This document shows positions 1 through 9,769 of a stretch of DNA of 64,000 nt, one piece after another (position 1 is the first letter of the stretch; every line of letters starts with the position of its first letter). Location: the IMG/VR virus record IMGVR_UViG_3300042256_000025. The stretch is one strand, 5' to 3'. The DNA is from a virus. Taxonomy: Duplodnaviria > Caudoviricetes. The notes beneath the pieces were generated by a model, which worked only from the letters and a program-made list of their open reading frames with translations, was not told where the DNA came from and did not search any database. Made by a program: the position numbers and the translations under genes.

Positions 1-889
1 CCTCCACAGTTGCACCCAAGCCAATGTTACCCTCCCATTGAATGTACAGGTCATTATGGTACCAGTCATCCAGATTGGAAAGATCCTTCACCCAGTGACC
101 TGAGAAGTAAAAGTCCTGGGTAAGGTAGCTGGTAATAAGGCTCGCCACCTCCTGCAACCGTGACATCACTTCATAGAAGGTTTTGCACAGAGTCGTGAAG
201 TAGGGGGCCGTACGACTATTGTACGACTCCACTATAGGCACGTCCCCTAATGCCAACTTAAAGGCAGTACGGATAACGTTGTGTGCGACCTTAGACGGTA
301 GGCGCGCATTATAGAGCGTCTGTGACTCCAGGAAGGGTACCGAGAAAGTACAGCGACGACGCTCTATCTTACCATCTCCTTCTACCCGCTCCAGCTGATA
401 CCGGATCATGGGATATTTTCCCACAAACCCCGTCAAAACTTTAGCCGGAATCCGACGCCAAGCATCCAGTGTGTTCGTACTGGTGGTCGGCATCTTGGAG
501 AGAATCTTCTCCATCGCGGCCTGTGGTACCTTAGCGTGTTTATCGGTATGGGCGGCCAGTGCAATGATGCTGTCCACCACATTCAGTGTCGCCATGTAAG
601 TACGACTGGATACCAGGTGAAGGAACTTGTTCAGTACCTCCGACTGACCACGAAAGACTGACTCTGCAGCCGGGTGGAAGAACACCCGCTTGCCGTCTTC
701 CTCCGCATTCACCCACTCATCGGTAGGTATGTACAGAGGCAGAGACACGGTACCGCGTCCCCGACGAACTTTTACCTTAAGGGGAGCGAGCTCCCCCTTG
801 TCGTTCGGATACTGGACCGCACCATCCTTTTCGATGGTGCAGCCGACGTCCTCCAGCAATGACTGGTAGAATTTTACAATCGGTTTCAT
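1..889 (-). CDS. Conserved chimallivirus core protein (phiKZ gp70-like by synteny); runs off the window start
   Basis: Absent from the ORF track because no stop is reached. My translation from ATG 889 (RBS AGGAG): MKPIVKFYQSLLEDVG...VFFHPAAESVFRGQSEVLNKF...; follows the gp68/gp69-like genes. Confidence 0.7.
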   Translation of the reverse strand, partial: MKPIVKFYQSLLEDVGCTIEKDGAVQYPNDKGELAPLKVKVRRGRGTVSLPLYIPTDEWVNAEEDGKRVFFHPAAESVFRGQSEVLNKFLHLVSSRTYMATLNVVDSIIALAAHTDKHAKVPQAAMEKILSKMPTTSTNTLDAWRRIPAKVLTGFVGKYPMIRYQLERVEGDGKIERRRCTFSVPFLESQTLYNARLPSKVAHNVIRTAFKLALGDVPIVESYNSRTAPYFTTLCKTFYEVMSRLQEVASLITSYLTQDFYFSGHWVKDLSNLDDWYHNDLYIQWEGNIGLGATVE

Positions 890-899
890 GCGCTACTCC

Positions 900-2327
900 T
901 TAACGATAAAGCGTATTAAGCATGTTGCCCAGGTCACCTGCAATGGCGGATAGGCTTTGTGTGGAGTCACCCACCACAGGACTGTAGAGGGCATCACAGT
1001 AACAGGGTGCCGCATAATCAACCGGCATACCGCCGTTGACACTCACTGAGACAGTGGTATTACCTACCATATTGTAGTACATGGTAATGTTGTACTCCCC
1101 TACCCCCATAGCCTGGACGGATGCCGCAATTGTACTGCGCAGAATCGCCTCGATGTTCTGGATACGCCGTACGTCATCCGAAACACCTACCATGAACTGA
1201 GCACCCAACGTTTTGACTGTCACCGAACCATCCGGTGCGGTTTGGTTTTCCATGTTAAAGCTGTAGCGTGCTACCAGATAAAGAGCCAGGTGTGCAGGCA
1301 CCGCTTGAATTAACATGTGTGCTATACGGGTTTCAACCTTAGGTGCACCCCAGTGATCAGTGTGGTCGGTCATGGAGGTGGGGGTACCGGTATCCAGATG
1401 GGCAATCTGAAGTACATGGTCAAACTCTTGGAATGCCGCGCGAACCTCCTGTACGGTTACGTAGAAGGTTTCCGTATACGCCGTCTGGTCACGCAGGCGT
1501 GCAAACACCATAGACGACATGCATACGTCGGCTTCTGCAATCTTAGAGCTGTCTGCCGCTGCACCCATGACGTAGTCAGGTGAGTCCACCATGTCATAAT
1601 TATTGACAATGCCTTCACGGTAGCCCTCGCATACCTTATGTAGGTAGCGACCGCCAATTACGTTGTCACGTGCACTGGCATTGATGCCGTACATGTTGGC
1701 CACCCTGGTATCCAGTACACCCGGCTGATTAAAGCCATGGTATTCACGTTGCTGGTACGTGATGGTGTCCACGGGACGCAACAGTGCCTCTGACTGATGT
1801 AGTTGATTATCCATGCCCAGGTAGGTCACCGGTGAAAGGATCTGCCGCGCGCCGACAGACGCATACTTCTGGAACCGATGGCCATGCTGCACTACATGGT
1901 CGACACGGGCCTCCGTATGGGAGTTAGTGAAGATAGGGATGTCCGGTGCCAAATGTCCACCGTAGGACATATCGGCATACCCCGTATAACCCGTAATGAC
2001 TTCACGGGTGGTGCCCATAGGGGTGGTTACTTCGAACTCCATCAGTACGGAGTAGCGCTGAGTATCCCAGCCATTGGCAATGGCTACGATGCCCTTAGAT
2101 TGTGAAGCCGGTGAGAGAATGCGACCCGAGATTGCCGAGAAGCGCTCGACGTTGGTATACTGGCCACCTTGGGTGACCTGATCCAACATATTTAGCGTCT
2201 CATTGTTGATATGTGACTCGTAGGGACGGAAGTGCATCTGATGTACTGTTGGTACGGCGATGAATACGGCTCGGACCAGACGGACACTGTTAGAAAGCAT
2301 AGTGTTTTCCTCTTGGTTAAAGGTCAA
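900..2327 (-). CDS. Probable phage-nucleus protein import factor PicA/Imp1 (phiKZ gp69-like)
   Basis: 475 aa; FRPYE and IANGWDTQRY segments resemble a chimallivirus core family; lies directly after the gp68-like gene. Identity is mainly from synteny. Confidence 0.55.
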   Translation of the reverse strand: MTFNQEENTMLSNSVRLVRAVFIAVPTVHQMHFRPYESHINNETLNMLDQVTQGGQYTNVERFSAISGRILSPASQSKGIVAIANGWDTQRYSVLMEFEVTTPMGTTREVITGYTGYADMSYGGHLAPDIPIFTNSHTEARVDHVVQHGHRFQKYASVGARQILSPVTYLGMDNQLHQSEALLRPVDTITYQQREYHGFNQPGVLDTRVANMYGINASARDNVIGGRYLHKVCEGYREGIVNNYDMVDSPDYVMGAAADSSKIAEADVCMSSMVFARLRDQTAYTETFYVTVQEVRAAFQEFDHVLQIAHLDTGTPTSMTDHTDHWGAPKVETRIAHMLIQAVPAHLALYLVARYSFNMENQTAPDGSVTVKTLGAQFMVGVSDDVRRIQNIEAILRSTIAASVQAMGVGEYNITMYYNMVGNTTVSVSVNGGMPVDYAAPCYCDALYSPVVGDSTQSLSAIAGDLGNMLNTLYR

Positions 2328-2332
2328 TATTG

Positions 2333-3793
2333 TTATGGGGTTGGCAACGCATACCCTTCGATCTGACAGATCAGTCGAGCGATGTCGTTGCGCAGTGTGG
2401 TCGGTACGGTGTCCTTATCAGGCCACTCGTACAAATTGATTTCAGAGACAATGTTGTCGATCAACATAATGCCAGGGTTTCCTTGACTGCGGCCCTGTAC
2501 ATCAATGCGTTGATGAGGGTAGATCTCCTCTAGTGGTCCAATGAACCCTTTGGACAGCGGCAGGAGCGCTACCCCGCCCACTGAATAGAGGTCAACGGTT
2601 GAAGGGTCCTTTTCGATGCGGCAGCTTAACATCATGTTTGCCAAGCCCTGATATCCATGGTCACTTAACCATGCAGCAGTTACACCGATCATGCGCAGAT
2701 ACGTATCTCGGCTTTTAACTAATTGACAGGTGCGCGGATAGATCACCCGCTTACACACGAGTCCTATTAAAGGTAGATGGTAAGCGCCTATAGAGAACTC
2801 CATGTTCTGCTGAATAGCATTGATGTACCCTAACGCCTTATCTACGTTCCCCTGTGGGTTAAGCCCCGTCACAAAGGCAGGCACGTTATCCACATACGCG
2901 GTCATGGCTACCACGGCGTAATCAGGAACCGATTGACTAATGCGGTAGCGCTCCACAACGGATTCAGTTTCATCTGACTCTGATTTCGTTATACGCTTAT
3001 CGCGTACGCCATTGGAAAGGTTCTTGGCTTTAGACTCCAGAAACTTGTACGCGATCTTAATCAGCGTCTTGTCTGGATCACGGAACTCACCAATGGAGAT
3101 TCGCCGTACGATCACCATAGCCAGATAGAACCTCGGTATCTCAGACGTCCCCATATGGGTACAGATAGCCGGAGTCAACGCCTTTGAGTCTTTCTCCGCT
3201 AACGCTTCACAGTAATCCTTCAGTCGATCCATGGCTGGAAGTCTGTGAACACACGACTCTTTGAGGAGATCGTACGTCACAAGCTCCTTAAAAGCCGGAT
3301 CCAGTGGCGGGGCTACGTACATGAACTTACCCCAGATAGGGGTAACCATTTTAAAGTACATGCTCAGTACAACCAGCTCATCATACTCATCCTTGAGATA
3401 GGTCTGGCGTCTAGGGTACTCCCCCGTATAATGCTCGTGGATATCGCTATTATAAGCGATTCGGCCATACTCCAATACCCACGACCGAAGGTGCTCGTGG
3501 TTTACCAGATTCAGTAATCGCGTTACCAATGAGCGCAGCTCTATCTGCAGCAGCTCGAATGAGGTCTCCATTTCAATAAGTTCAAAGGCCTCGGCGTAGA
3601 CCCGCTGATACTCATCTTGAAGGTCCATCGGCAACGTATGCCAATATTCGTTCAGTGGACCATACACGGACTCGGTATCAGTGCCTCCGCCACTGAGTTT
3701 CATCCACAACATCGTGGTGGGCCAGATCAACTCCTGCCCACGATGGGTAGTTCTAAGAACCGTCGTACCGGTGTTCGTTATCTCTATCTCCAT
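2333..3793 (-). CDS. Non-virion RNA polymerase promoter-specificity (sigma-like) subunit, phiKZ gp68-like
   Basis: 486 aa; LNEYWHTLPMDLQDEY motif; core-block synteny; early promoter at 3833-3842. Confidence 0.6.
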   Translation of the reverse strand: MEIEITNTGTTVLRTTHRGQELIWPTTMLWMKLSGGGTDTESVYGPLNEYWHTLPMDLQDEYQRVYAEAFELIEMETSFELLQIELRSLVTRLLNLVNHEHLRSWVLEYGRIAYNSDIHEHYTGEYPRRQTYLKDEYDELVVLSMYFKMVTPIWGKFMYVAPPLDPAFKELVTYDLLKESCVHRLPAMDRLKDYCEALAEKDSKALTPAICTHMGTSEIPRFYLAMVIVRRISIGEFRDPDKTLIKIAYKFLESKAKNLSNGVRDKRITKSESDETESVVERYRISQSVPDYAVVAMTAYVDNVPAFVTGLNPQGNVDKALGYINAIQQNMEFSIGAYHLPLIGLVCKRVIYPRTCQLVKSRDTYLRMIGVTAAWLSDHGYQGLANMMLSCRIEKDPSTVDLYSVGGVALLPLSKGFIGPLEEIYPHQRIDVQGRSQGNPGIMLIDNIVSEINLYEWPDKDTVPTTLRNDIARLICQIEGYALPTP

Positions 3794-3832
3794 ACTGCAC
3801 TCCTTGACCTACAAAAGGATACTGTCTTACCG

Positions 3833-3842
3833 GTAATATAGG
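3833..3842 (-). promoter_or_regulatory. Early (virion-RNAP) promoter CCTATATTAC
   Basis: Matches the phiKZ early motif TATATTAC; about 40 nt upstream of the 3793 start; one of 8 copies, all on the minus strand. Confidence 0.8.
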
Positions 3843-3947
3843 TTTTCATTCTCTCCGATAACGCCCTATTACATTGGTGGTGTCGCTGTATATAAAAAAA
3901 TAACATAGATACATACACAGTGCGCACTGCGCACTGTGTATAGGTAT

Positions 3948-4697
3948 TTATACGTCAGCAAATACGTCCGTAGAACGACCGTTACCTTCGTAACCGGTTT
4001 TCTTATAACCGCCACCACCGTTACCGGAGGACTTGTTGTAGCCGCCGCCGTTGCCGCCACGGTTACCACCACCGTAATTGCCGCGACCGCCACCCTGGCC
4101 CCCTTCACGCTTCTTAGCGTCTTGGGCTTCTTTCTTCTCATGGGTGTCAATGAGTACCGGACCCAGCACCTCACGCATGGCATCTACATAGCCTTCAACC
4201 ACACGCCTCGAGGTAACCGCCGGATCCAGCGGATTGCCGTTTTTATCTACCAGGGCATAGAAGAAATTAGGCATCATACGGAACACACAACGCGGTGCGT
4301 TCTTACACTCCACCATGATAGAGACTACGCCTTCTGCATCCCGACCAACGTAGACCTCTGACATGACCTCAAGTTTTTCAGATTTAACGCCACCAGACCA
4401 ATCATAGTTCTTGTTTTTGATCCCTTCAACAGTGAAGTCTGGGTTGGATGCTGCCTCCAGCAACATGCGCATGAAGATGTTGCCGATAACGGGATCCATG
4501 TTCGCATTTACCGGTGGGGTGTTATCCCCATCATCCGGGTGGTTAGGGTATACCGTAATACGGATGTTCCCGTTCACCACACGCAGTTTCATGTTGGGGC
4601 GCTTGCCTTTGATGTTTGGATCCCAAAGATCACCGACCAGGGAGAGCTTAGGGTTATCGGTGAAATTCTTGGGTGGGATAAATTTATTATCAGCCAT
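3948..4697 (-). CDS. Conserved core protein with Gly/Arg/Asn-rich tail (possible single-stranded nucleic-acid binder)
   Basis: 249 aa; C-terminal GGQGGGRGNYGGGNRGGNGGGY... ending TDVFADV. Confidence 0.6.
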   Translation of the reverse strand: MADNKFIPPKNFTDNPKLSLVGDLWDPNIKGKRPNMKLRVVNGNIRITVYPNHPDDGDNTPPVNANMDPVIGNIFMRMLLEAASNPDFTVEGIKNKNYDWSGGVKSEKLEVMSEVYVGRDAEGVVSIMVECKNAPRCVFRMMPNFFYALVDKNGNPLDPAVTSRRVVEGYVDAMREVLGPVLIDTHEKKEAQDAKKREGGQGGGRGNYGGGNRGGNGGGYNKSSGNGGGGYKKTGYEGNGRSTDVFADV

Positions 4698-4708
4698 GGG
4701 GTATACTC

Positions 4709-5509
4709 CTAGGGTAGTCGGACAGCTAACATTTTTGTAAACTGCTCTTGGATATCGGAATCGGTTATGGTACGTACATCACTGCGTACCTTCTCGCGGG
4801 TCGTGGTAGGTTTCCACTTACCGGCAGCAGCACAGGCTACCAATGCCTTTTTATGGGCGTGACTACCTGCGTAAAACAGGGTTCCACGGTCACCCAGCAC
4901 TTGCATGGTTAGAAGGTTAAATGGCAAATGATAGTAGCTTTCGTTGGTGGTTAATTTACGGATCCATTCTACGGGGGGACGAATGTGTCCCGTATGACTT
5001 TCTAGCAACTGCATGTCACTAAACTGATAGCGGGACAATAAATCAATAGCATGGTGAGTGAGTACCCATCCACGCCCACGCATCTCAGGTAACGTATGTT
5101 GCAGTTGTAGCACCGGAATGCCCTGCTGGCGTTTAAGGTTATCAATCGCCAATCGTTCCAGGTTTTTATACACTAGCTGGCGCTGGGTATGGGGGGTCTT
5201 TACTTTAGCCAGTGGTAGTCGATGTTTTAGGGCATCTACCGCGGTAATGTAAAAGTGGGTAGGTACCTCTGCATTGACGAACCCATGCAGGGTCGCTAGC
5301 TCCTCTGCAAAGCCTTGTATAAACTCCCCTCGGTCCACGAGCAAGGGATCTTCAAAACTCCCATGGTAGTTTCGAAAGAGGGTATAGATATTCATCCATA
5401 CATGGTCCACTTTCTTACCCAGGTCAGCTAAGTTCTCCTCCAGCGGTATAGCCGTAGGGACACTAAAAGCGAGCGTTTCTCCCATTGCTCGGTCTTGTAC
5501 GTTAGCCAT
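4709..5509 (-). CDS. Conserved jumbo-phage hypothetical protein
   Basis: 266 aa; RBS AGGAGG; co-oriented with the SbcD-like gene. Confidence 0.7.
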   Translation of the reverse strand: MANVQDRAMGETLAFSVPTAIPLEENLADLGKKVDHVWMNIYTLFRNYHGSFEDPLLVDRGEFIQGFAEELATLHGFVNAEVPTHFYITAVDALKHRLPLAKVKTPHTQRQLVYKNLERLAIDNLKRQQGIPVLQLQHTLPEMRGRGWVLTHHAIDLLSRYQFSDMQLLESHTGHIRPPVEWIRKLTTNESYYHLPFNLLTMQVLGDRGTLFYAGSHAHKKALVACAAAGKWKPTTTREKVRSDVRTITDSDIQEQFTKMLAVRLP

Positions 5510-5518
5510 ACAGCCTCC

Positions 5519-6655
5519 TTATAGATGGGTACGCAGTAGCGCTAAGGCGTCCTGAGACAGATGGGCCTCGACCCCTTTCTGTGCAAGACGATTAGCCATA
5601 AGTGCCTCTGCATCATTTCTACCCAACGGTGTAGGGGTGAATGTTTGACCCAGTACCGGTTTAAACTGTGCGGTCTCCTCTGACTTAAGGTACTTGAAGG
5701 TACAGTGTATAAGGGGCGCATTGTGTTTAAAGGCCTGTAGTAACGGCAACCACGCATCGTTTCGAGGTACGGTAAAGCGTACGTGAGATCCCGGTGGTAG
5801 ACTACCGGCTTCTTTCAACGTAGCCTCTATCTTGTCCTTACCCAGTGCATCCCCTTCGTATGTTACGAATCGAGTGGCATGTGGATTCTCGACAAAAACG
5901 ATTTCATCCCCAGCATGATCTTTACACCCATAATCCGTAACCCGTACGTGTCCCTTGGCACCCTCTTCACCATGTGCCAGTCGATCCAAGGACCCCTGTG
6001 CAAAAATACGCCCTTGAAACCGAGCAGCGTGGTGGTGTCCAATGGAAATGTATCGCTTAACGATTGACTGGTATCGTTCAGAGTCGTGACAGGGTAGCAA
6101 TACGTTAGTGGGTAGCTGAAATTCAAACATCCCATGCATGATGGCATAGTCTACTGAATCCAGACCGTGTTGTGTCAGTACCTCCCGTACATCCTGCCAA
6201 GTATCCTCAGGATCCATGCGCCATTCATCGGGCACATAGAGGACATCCAGACCCAGTGCCTCTATACGCTCTATAGAAAGCGTACTTACGTACTTACAGT
6301 CCGCCCCTATGCCTGTAATGGTGTTAATCGTCTCAAAGAGTACGGACTGTCCCCGGTCATGCGAGGGTGTCCCTTCGAGTACCCTAAGAATGATGTTCCA
6401 CCGTTTACAAACAGAGAGTAGATCAGCCATCCATAGTTCAATTGCCTGAACATCTGCATCTGAAAGATGTGCAACCTGATCAAACAAATCGCCCCCTATA
6501 AAGATGGCGTCCAGTGCACCCGTTTCACGGTTATCAGGAAACGCGGCTTTAAGGGATTTAAGGATGTTTTTTGATGATACCCGGCTATGGCACAGGTGTA
6601 TATCCGAGACAAAGGCAAGGTGCAGGGGTTTGTTACCCTTACCAGTCATCAGCAT
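5519..6655 (-). CDS. SbcD/Mre11-like metallophosphoesterase nuclease
   Basis: SDIH, GGDLFD, GTPSHD, MHG and GHHH calcineurin-like motifs. Confidence 0.85.
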   Translation of the reverse strand: MLMTGKGNKPLHLAFVSDIHLCHSRVSSKNILKSLKAAFPDNRETGALDAIFIGGDLFDQVAHLSDADVQAIELWMADLLSVCKRWNIILRVLEGTPSHDRGQSVLFETINTITGIGADCKYVSTLSIERIEALGLDVLYVPDEWRMDPEDTWQDVREVLTQHGLDSVDYAIMHGMFEFQLPTNVLLPCHDSERYQSIVKRYISIGHHHAARFQGRIFAQGSLDRLAHGEEGAKGHVRVTDYGCKDHAGDEIVFVENPHATRFVTYEGDALGKDKIEATLKEAGSLPPGSHVRFTVPRNDAWLPLLQAFKHNAPLIHCTFKYLKSEETAQFKPVLGQTFTPTPLGRNDAEALMANRLAQKGVEAHLSQDALALLRTHL

Positions 6656-7127
6656 CCTCCAAGGTTACTGCGGTTTCACTTACCACACCAGCGCCACCGA
6701 TATTGTAACGCGCCATGATCTCACGCCATGCACTGACGTCTTCTTCTGGCACAGTACCCAATACCAGGTCATCCGTAATGTGCTTTTCTGCAAAACGGGC
6801 ACCGTGCATGGGGCTGGCCTCTGTTCGAAGGGCCCATTCCTTTAAGAGCCCTGCAATGTTACGCCCAGTCAGCACCTGCGTCGTGTAGGTGATAGGCGGT
6901 ACACGGAATAGTCGATCCTTACCGTCTTCGGACATCACCCAGACAGACAAGCGAGGATCAATCGAGAGCTTCAGCCACTCTTCGCGTAGGCGAGTCTGTT
7001 CCTCAGCGGGGAGAGTCGTGGGTTCAAAGAACAGCGGTATAAACTGTCGAAAGAGGGACTCGGGTAGTTTAGGAAACCCGTTTTCTATTTCATCCAGTAA
7101 TTTTCCATAAGGGTTCGTGTTATCCAT
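6639..7127 (-). CDS. Conserved hypothetical protein (likely start MDNTNPY)
   Basis: Track ORF 6639-7250; the internal ATG after GGAG avoids a long overlap with the upstream gene. Confidence 0.6.
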   Translation of the reverse strand: MDNTNPYGKLLDEIENGFPKLPESLFRQFIPLFFEPTTLPAEEQTRLREEWLKLSIDPRLSVWVMSEDGKDRLFRVPPITYTTQVLTGRNIAGLLKEWALRTEASPMHGARFAEKHITDDLVLGTVPEEDVSAWREIMARYNIGGAGVVSETAVTLEDADDW

Positions 7128-7575
7128 GTAATTCTCCGTTCGCATCAAAGGCCTGTATAAACTGCAAGGTGCCGGTTGAGTTGTCCGCCTGTAAGAGGCG
7201 CTGCAGGTCATAGCGCTGCCCTTCCCAACTACCGCTGATGTGTAGGTCAAAGGTCATCTTACCCCCCACACTGGCACCGTCATTCAATGTAAAGCTCACA
7301 TCTACATTGGAGAAGTAACGACTATAGTAAAGCTTAACCGCTTTCTCAACTTCCGAGGTCAGTTCAGTTGGATTCTGACCGTGCTGGGACAGTACGTACT
7401 GCAAACTCGTGACGCTGCCGCGATACACGTTGGATTGTGAGTAGTCTGTTAAAAACATATGGGAAAAAAGTCGGGTCATAATGAGGGTTGGATCCTGTAA
7501 CCAGCCTTCACCCGACAACATAGGCAGTGTTGTGGTCATTGCAGTCAATCTCCTATTTATATAGCATCCATGCAC
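7120..7575 (-). CDS. Conserved jumbo-phage protein
   Basis: 151 aa; LPMLSGEGW...DYSQS...SLQY pattern; true start probably MTTTLP. Confidence 0.65.
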   Translation of the reverse strand: MHGCYINRRLTAMTTTLPMLSGEGWLQDPTLIMTRLFSHMFLTDYSQSNVYRGSVTSLQYVLSQHGQNPTELTSEVEKAVKLYYSRYFSNVDVSFTLNDGASVGGKMTFDLHISGSWEGQRYDLQRLLQADNSTGTLQFIQAFDANGELHG

Positions 7576-7598
7576 CGCCTCATTATTTACTACAAAAA

Positions 7599-7618
7599 AT
7601 AGCCCCCGAAAGGGCTAT
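7599..7618 (-). terminator. Rho-independent terminator
   Basis: ATAGCCC/GGGCTAT stem followed by a T-run on the minus strand. Confidence 0.7.
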
Positions 7619-7941
7619 CGTCGCTCCGTGTTTAAATGACCGAGCAACATAAAGAACGCATTTACCCGATAGTCCTCAACCGCTTCTTCAATGCCACGGT
7701 GAATACGCTCCGCATTCGCAACATAGAGACCCTTATAGTACGGATGGAATTCCGGTACGGGGTTCCCCCCGTAGTGGTTAGAGTAGGTCTCTAACCCTGT
7801 CCAAAGCTCACTGACAATCCCCTCTGTAATGCGCGATTCGATCGCCTGAAGAGGCGTGCCCTTAGGCACAACCTCTTCCCAGCTCACGGTTTTACATTCC
7901 ACTATTTCGTTTGACATACTTACCCCACAGTGGCATTCCAC
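7615..7941 (-). CDS. Hypothetical protein
   Basis: 108 aa ORF in a co-oriented run. Confidence 0.55.
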   Translation of the reverse strand: MECHCGVSMSNEIVECKTVSWEEVVPKGTPLQAIESRITEGIVSELWTGLETYSNHYGGNPVPEFHPYYKGLYVANAERIHRGIEEAVEDYRVNAFFMLLGHLNTERR

Positions 7942-8576
7942 TCAGACGTTGGATCGGACAGCCCTTCATCCAATGCATCCTCCGCAACCGCCCATGCCAT
8001 CTGGATAGCTGCCTTTTCGAGGTGCTGTAGGCGAGAGTCCATGCCGATCAGAGGCTCGTAGTAGTTTACGTAGCATTCCGGCACCTGCACAGGTGGGTTT
8101 TCCATCTCCTCTAATTGTCGCAGGGTATACTTAGGCATAATAATACCTTCAGTAGCCTGTCTATAATCGTAGAAGTCTCTCCCATTGGCATCCGGTGCAG
8201 GATCTACATACCGATTCCAGTACCCTTCAATGCGGTCATCCTGGTAATACTCCCGTACGGTTGGGTTGGCCATTACCCAACGCACCATACTGTTCGGGGC
8301 CTGCTGTAGAGACCCTACGTCCCAGATAGGACGAATGGAATCGTCCTGCCAGAAGTTACGGATTTTGTACCGGATTGCCTGTACGTGTCGACCGATCTCA
8401 GACTCTCTGAACTTTTCAAACCCCGTCATTACCCGGTCACGGATAAAGGACGGTGCATTCGGTATCGCAGCCATATAAGACTGGATTCCCGATTGAATGT
8501 AGTTCATGGCGTCATTGCTCGAGGGCGCAAATAGCGCCGAAGCCATGGTGTCAGGATCGGAGTATATTACTGCCAT
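7920..8576 (-). CDS. Conserved jumbo-phage protein
   Basis: 218 aa; MVRWVMANP and DPTSEWN segments; RBS AAGGAG; early promoter upstream. Confidence 0.7.
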   Translation of the reverse strand: MAVIYSDPDTMASALFAPSSNDAMNYIQSGIQSYMAAIPNAPSFIRDRVMTGFEKFRESEIGRHVQAIRYKIRNFWQDDSIRPIWDVGSLQQAPNSMVRWVMANPTVREYYQDDRIEGYWNRYVDPAPDANGRDFYDYRQATEGIIMPKYTLRQLEEMENPPVQVPECYVNYYEPLIGMDSRLQHLEKAAIQMAWAVAEDALDEGLSDPTSEWNATVG

Positions 8577-8607
8577 TGTGTTACTCCTTTGTTAAAGGTT
8601 CACTATA

Positions 8608-8617
8608 GTAATATAGG
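8608..8617 (-). promoter_or_regulatory. Early promoter CCTATATTAC
   Basis: Motif copy about 30 nt upstream of the 8576 start. Confidence 0.8.
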
Positions 8618-8618
8618 T

Positions 8619-9200
8619 TTACTCAGGGACTGGGTTTACCTTAATCGGATACCAAGCTAGCCCTTGCTCACCTACCATCCGTCGGTAGTGTACGAGTTTA
8701 ATTTCATCAGTATATAGGTCTACCGTACGCAAAATGCAGTCTTCTCCCGGTCTAGAGAGAGCCGCATCCAGTGTAATGCTCTGAATACCCTTTACGGTCG
8801 GTAGCTGAAATCGACCCTGCGCCCCTGCATCTGCATGGATACCCAGCGTTTGGCCCTGCAATTCCGTTACCTCAAAACACCGTACGTAATTACGAATAGC
8901 GCCATCATTTAACAGTGCCGTAAAGCAGCAGGTACCAATAGTGCCATCCTCACTGGCCGATAAGGAAATGTGTTCCCGCATAATGCGGTTACGATCAAAT
9001 CCCAATCCGTAGGGGTACAGTGTAACCGTACCCATGTCCGACGTGCGCCCCATAGCGATGCAGACCCCACCCTCTTCGATAGGGTGTATTACAATACCTG
9101 CCCCTGGGTGAAGCATAGACGACCCCCCATTGGCCGGACGAGGTACCCCACATACGCTGAGGTAGTTAAGATATTCCTCGGTATCATCAAAGAGCTTCAT
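8619..9200 (-). CDS. Hypothetical protein
   Basis: 193 aa; RBS AGGAGG; coupled to the upstream HTH gene. Confidence 0.65.
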   Translation of the reverse strand: MKLFDDTEEYLNYLSVCGVPRPANGGSSMLHPGAGIVIHPIEEGGVCIAMGRTSDMGTVTLYPYGLGFDRNRIMREHISLSASEDGTIGTCCFTALLNDGAIRNYVRCFEVTELQGQTLGIHADAGAQGRFQLPTVKGIQSITLDAALSRPGEDCILRTVDLYTDEIKLVHYRRMVGEQGLAWYPIKVNPVPE

Positions 9201-9526
9201 ACGACACCTCCTTTAGATACGTTGCGATCACTGCGCCTGGTCTTCGGGTCCTCCAGTCGCGCCAGCAGGTCTGTAACGGCCTTTTCACTCACCCGTACAG
9301 TAAACCCACCGTCCTTTAATTCCTTGCTGAAAGTGACCCCCATGTCCGCCAGTGACTCCTCCATGAGTTCAACTGTAGACAGCCTCATCTCCATCTCCAG
9401 TGTCTCATTGCGTGCAATCGTAGATTTAGCCAGCCCTAATAAATCTGCAAACTCTTGCTGGCCCATGGCGACAGCACTTCGCCCTACCCGCATCATTAAT
9501 GCGGCTCGTGCAGCAGAATGATTCAT
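9197..9526 (-). CDS. XRE/Cro-like helix-turn-helix DNA-binding protein
   Basis: RSAVAMGQQEFADLLGLAKSTIARNE, an HTH_3-like pattern; strong RBS. Confidence 0.75.
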   Translation of the reverse strand: MNHSAARAALMMRVGRSAVAMGQQEFADLLGLAKSTIARNETLEMEMRLSTVELMEESLADMGVTFSKELKDGGFTVRVSEKAVTDLLARLEDPKTRRSDRNVSKGGVV

Positions 9527-9562
9527 ATTAGTCCTCCTCCTACCTCTAGTAAAACGCAGCCC

Positions 9563-9769
9563 TTAAGAGGCTGCGTCCTTTATTGCATAGTCTTCTTCTT
9601 CCAGCCAGTTAGCCAGTACACCAACATCCACCTCAGGCAGACTCGATGCACCGTTAAACTCTCCAGGATCCGTATACGAATGAATACCGTAATGTGGACG
9701 GTAATACTCAAACGCATCGTGCTGCTGCTTCGAGAGCGCTATCATGCCACTGAGCTGATCCCCGTCGAA
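9563..9769 (-). CDS. nvRNAP beta' subunit, exon 2 (begins FDGD)
   Basis: TTC GAC GGG GAT follows the intron terminal G and completes NAD|FDGD with exon 1; 69 codons to the stop. Confidence 0.85.
   Translation of the reverse strand, partial: FDGDQLSGMIALSKQQHDAFEYYRPHYGIHSYTDPGEFNGASSLPEVDVGVLANWLEEEDYAIKDAAS

Noticed and set aside
3936-4361. Thr/Ala-rich membrane-like plus-strand ORF
   Set aside because: Antisense of the Gly-rich tail of 3948-4697.
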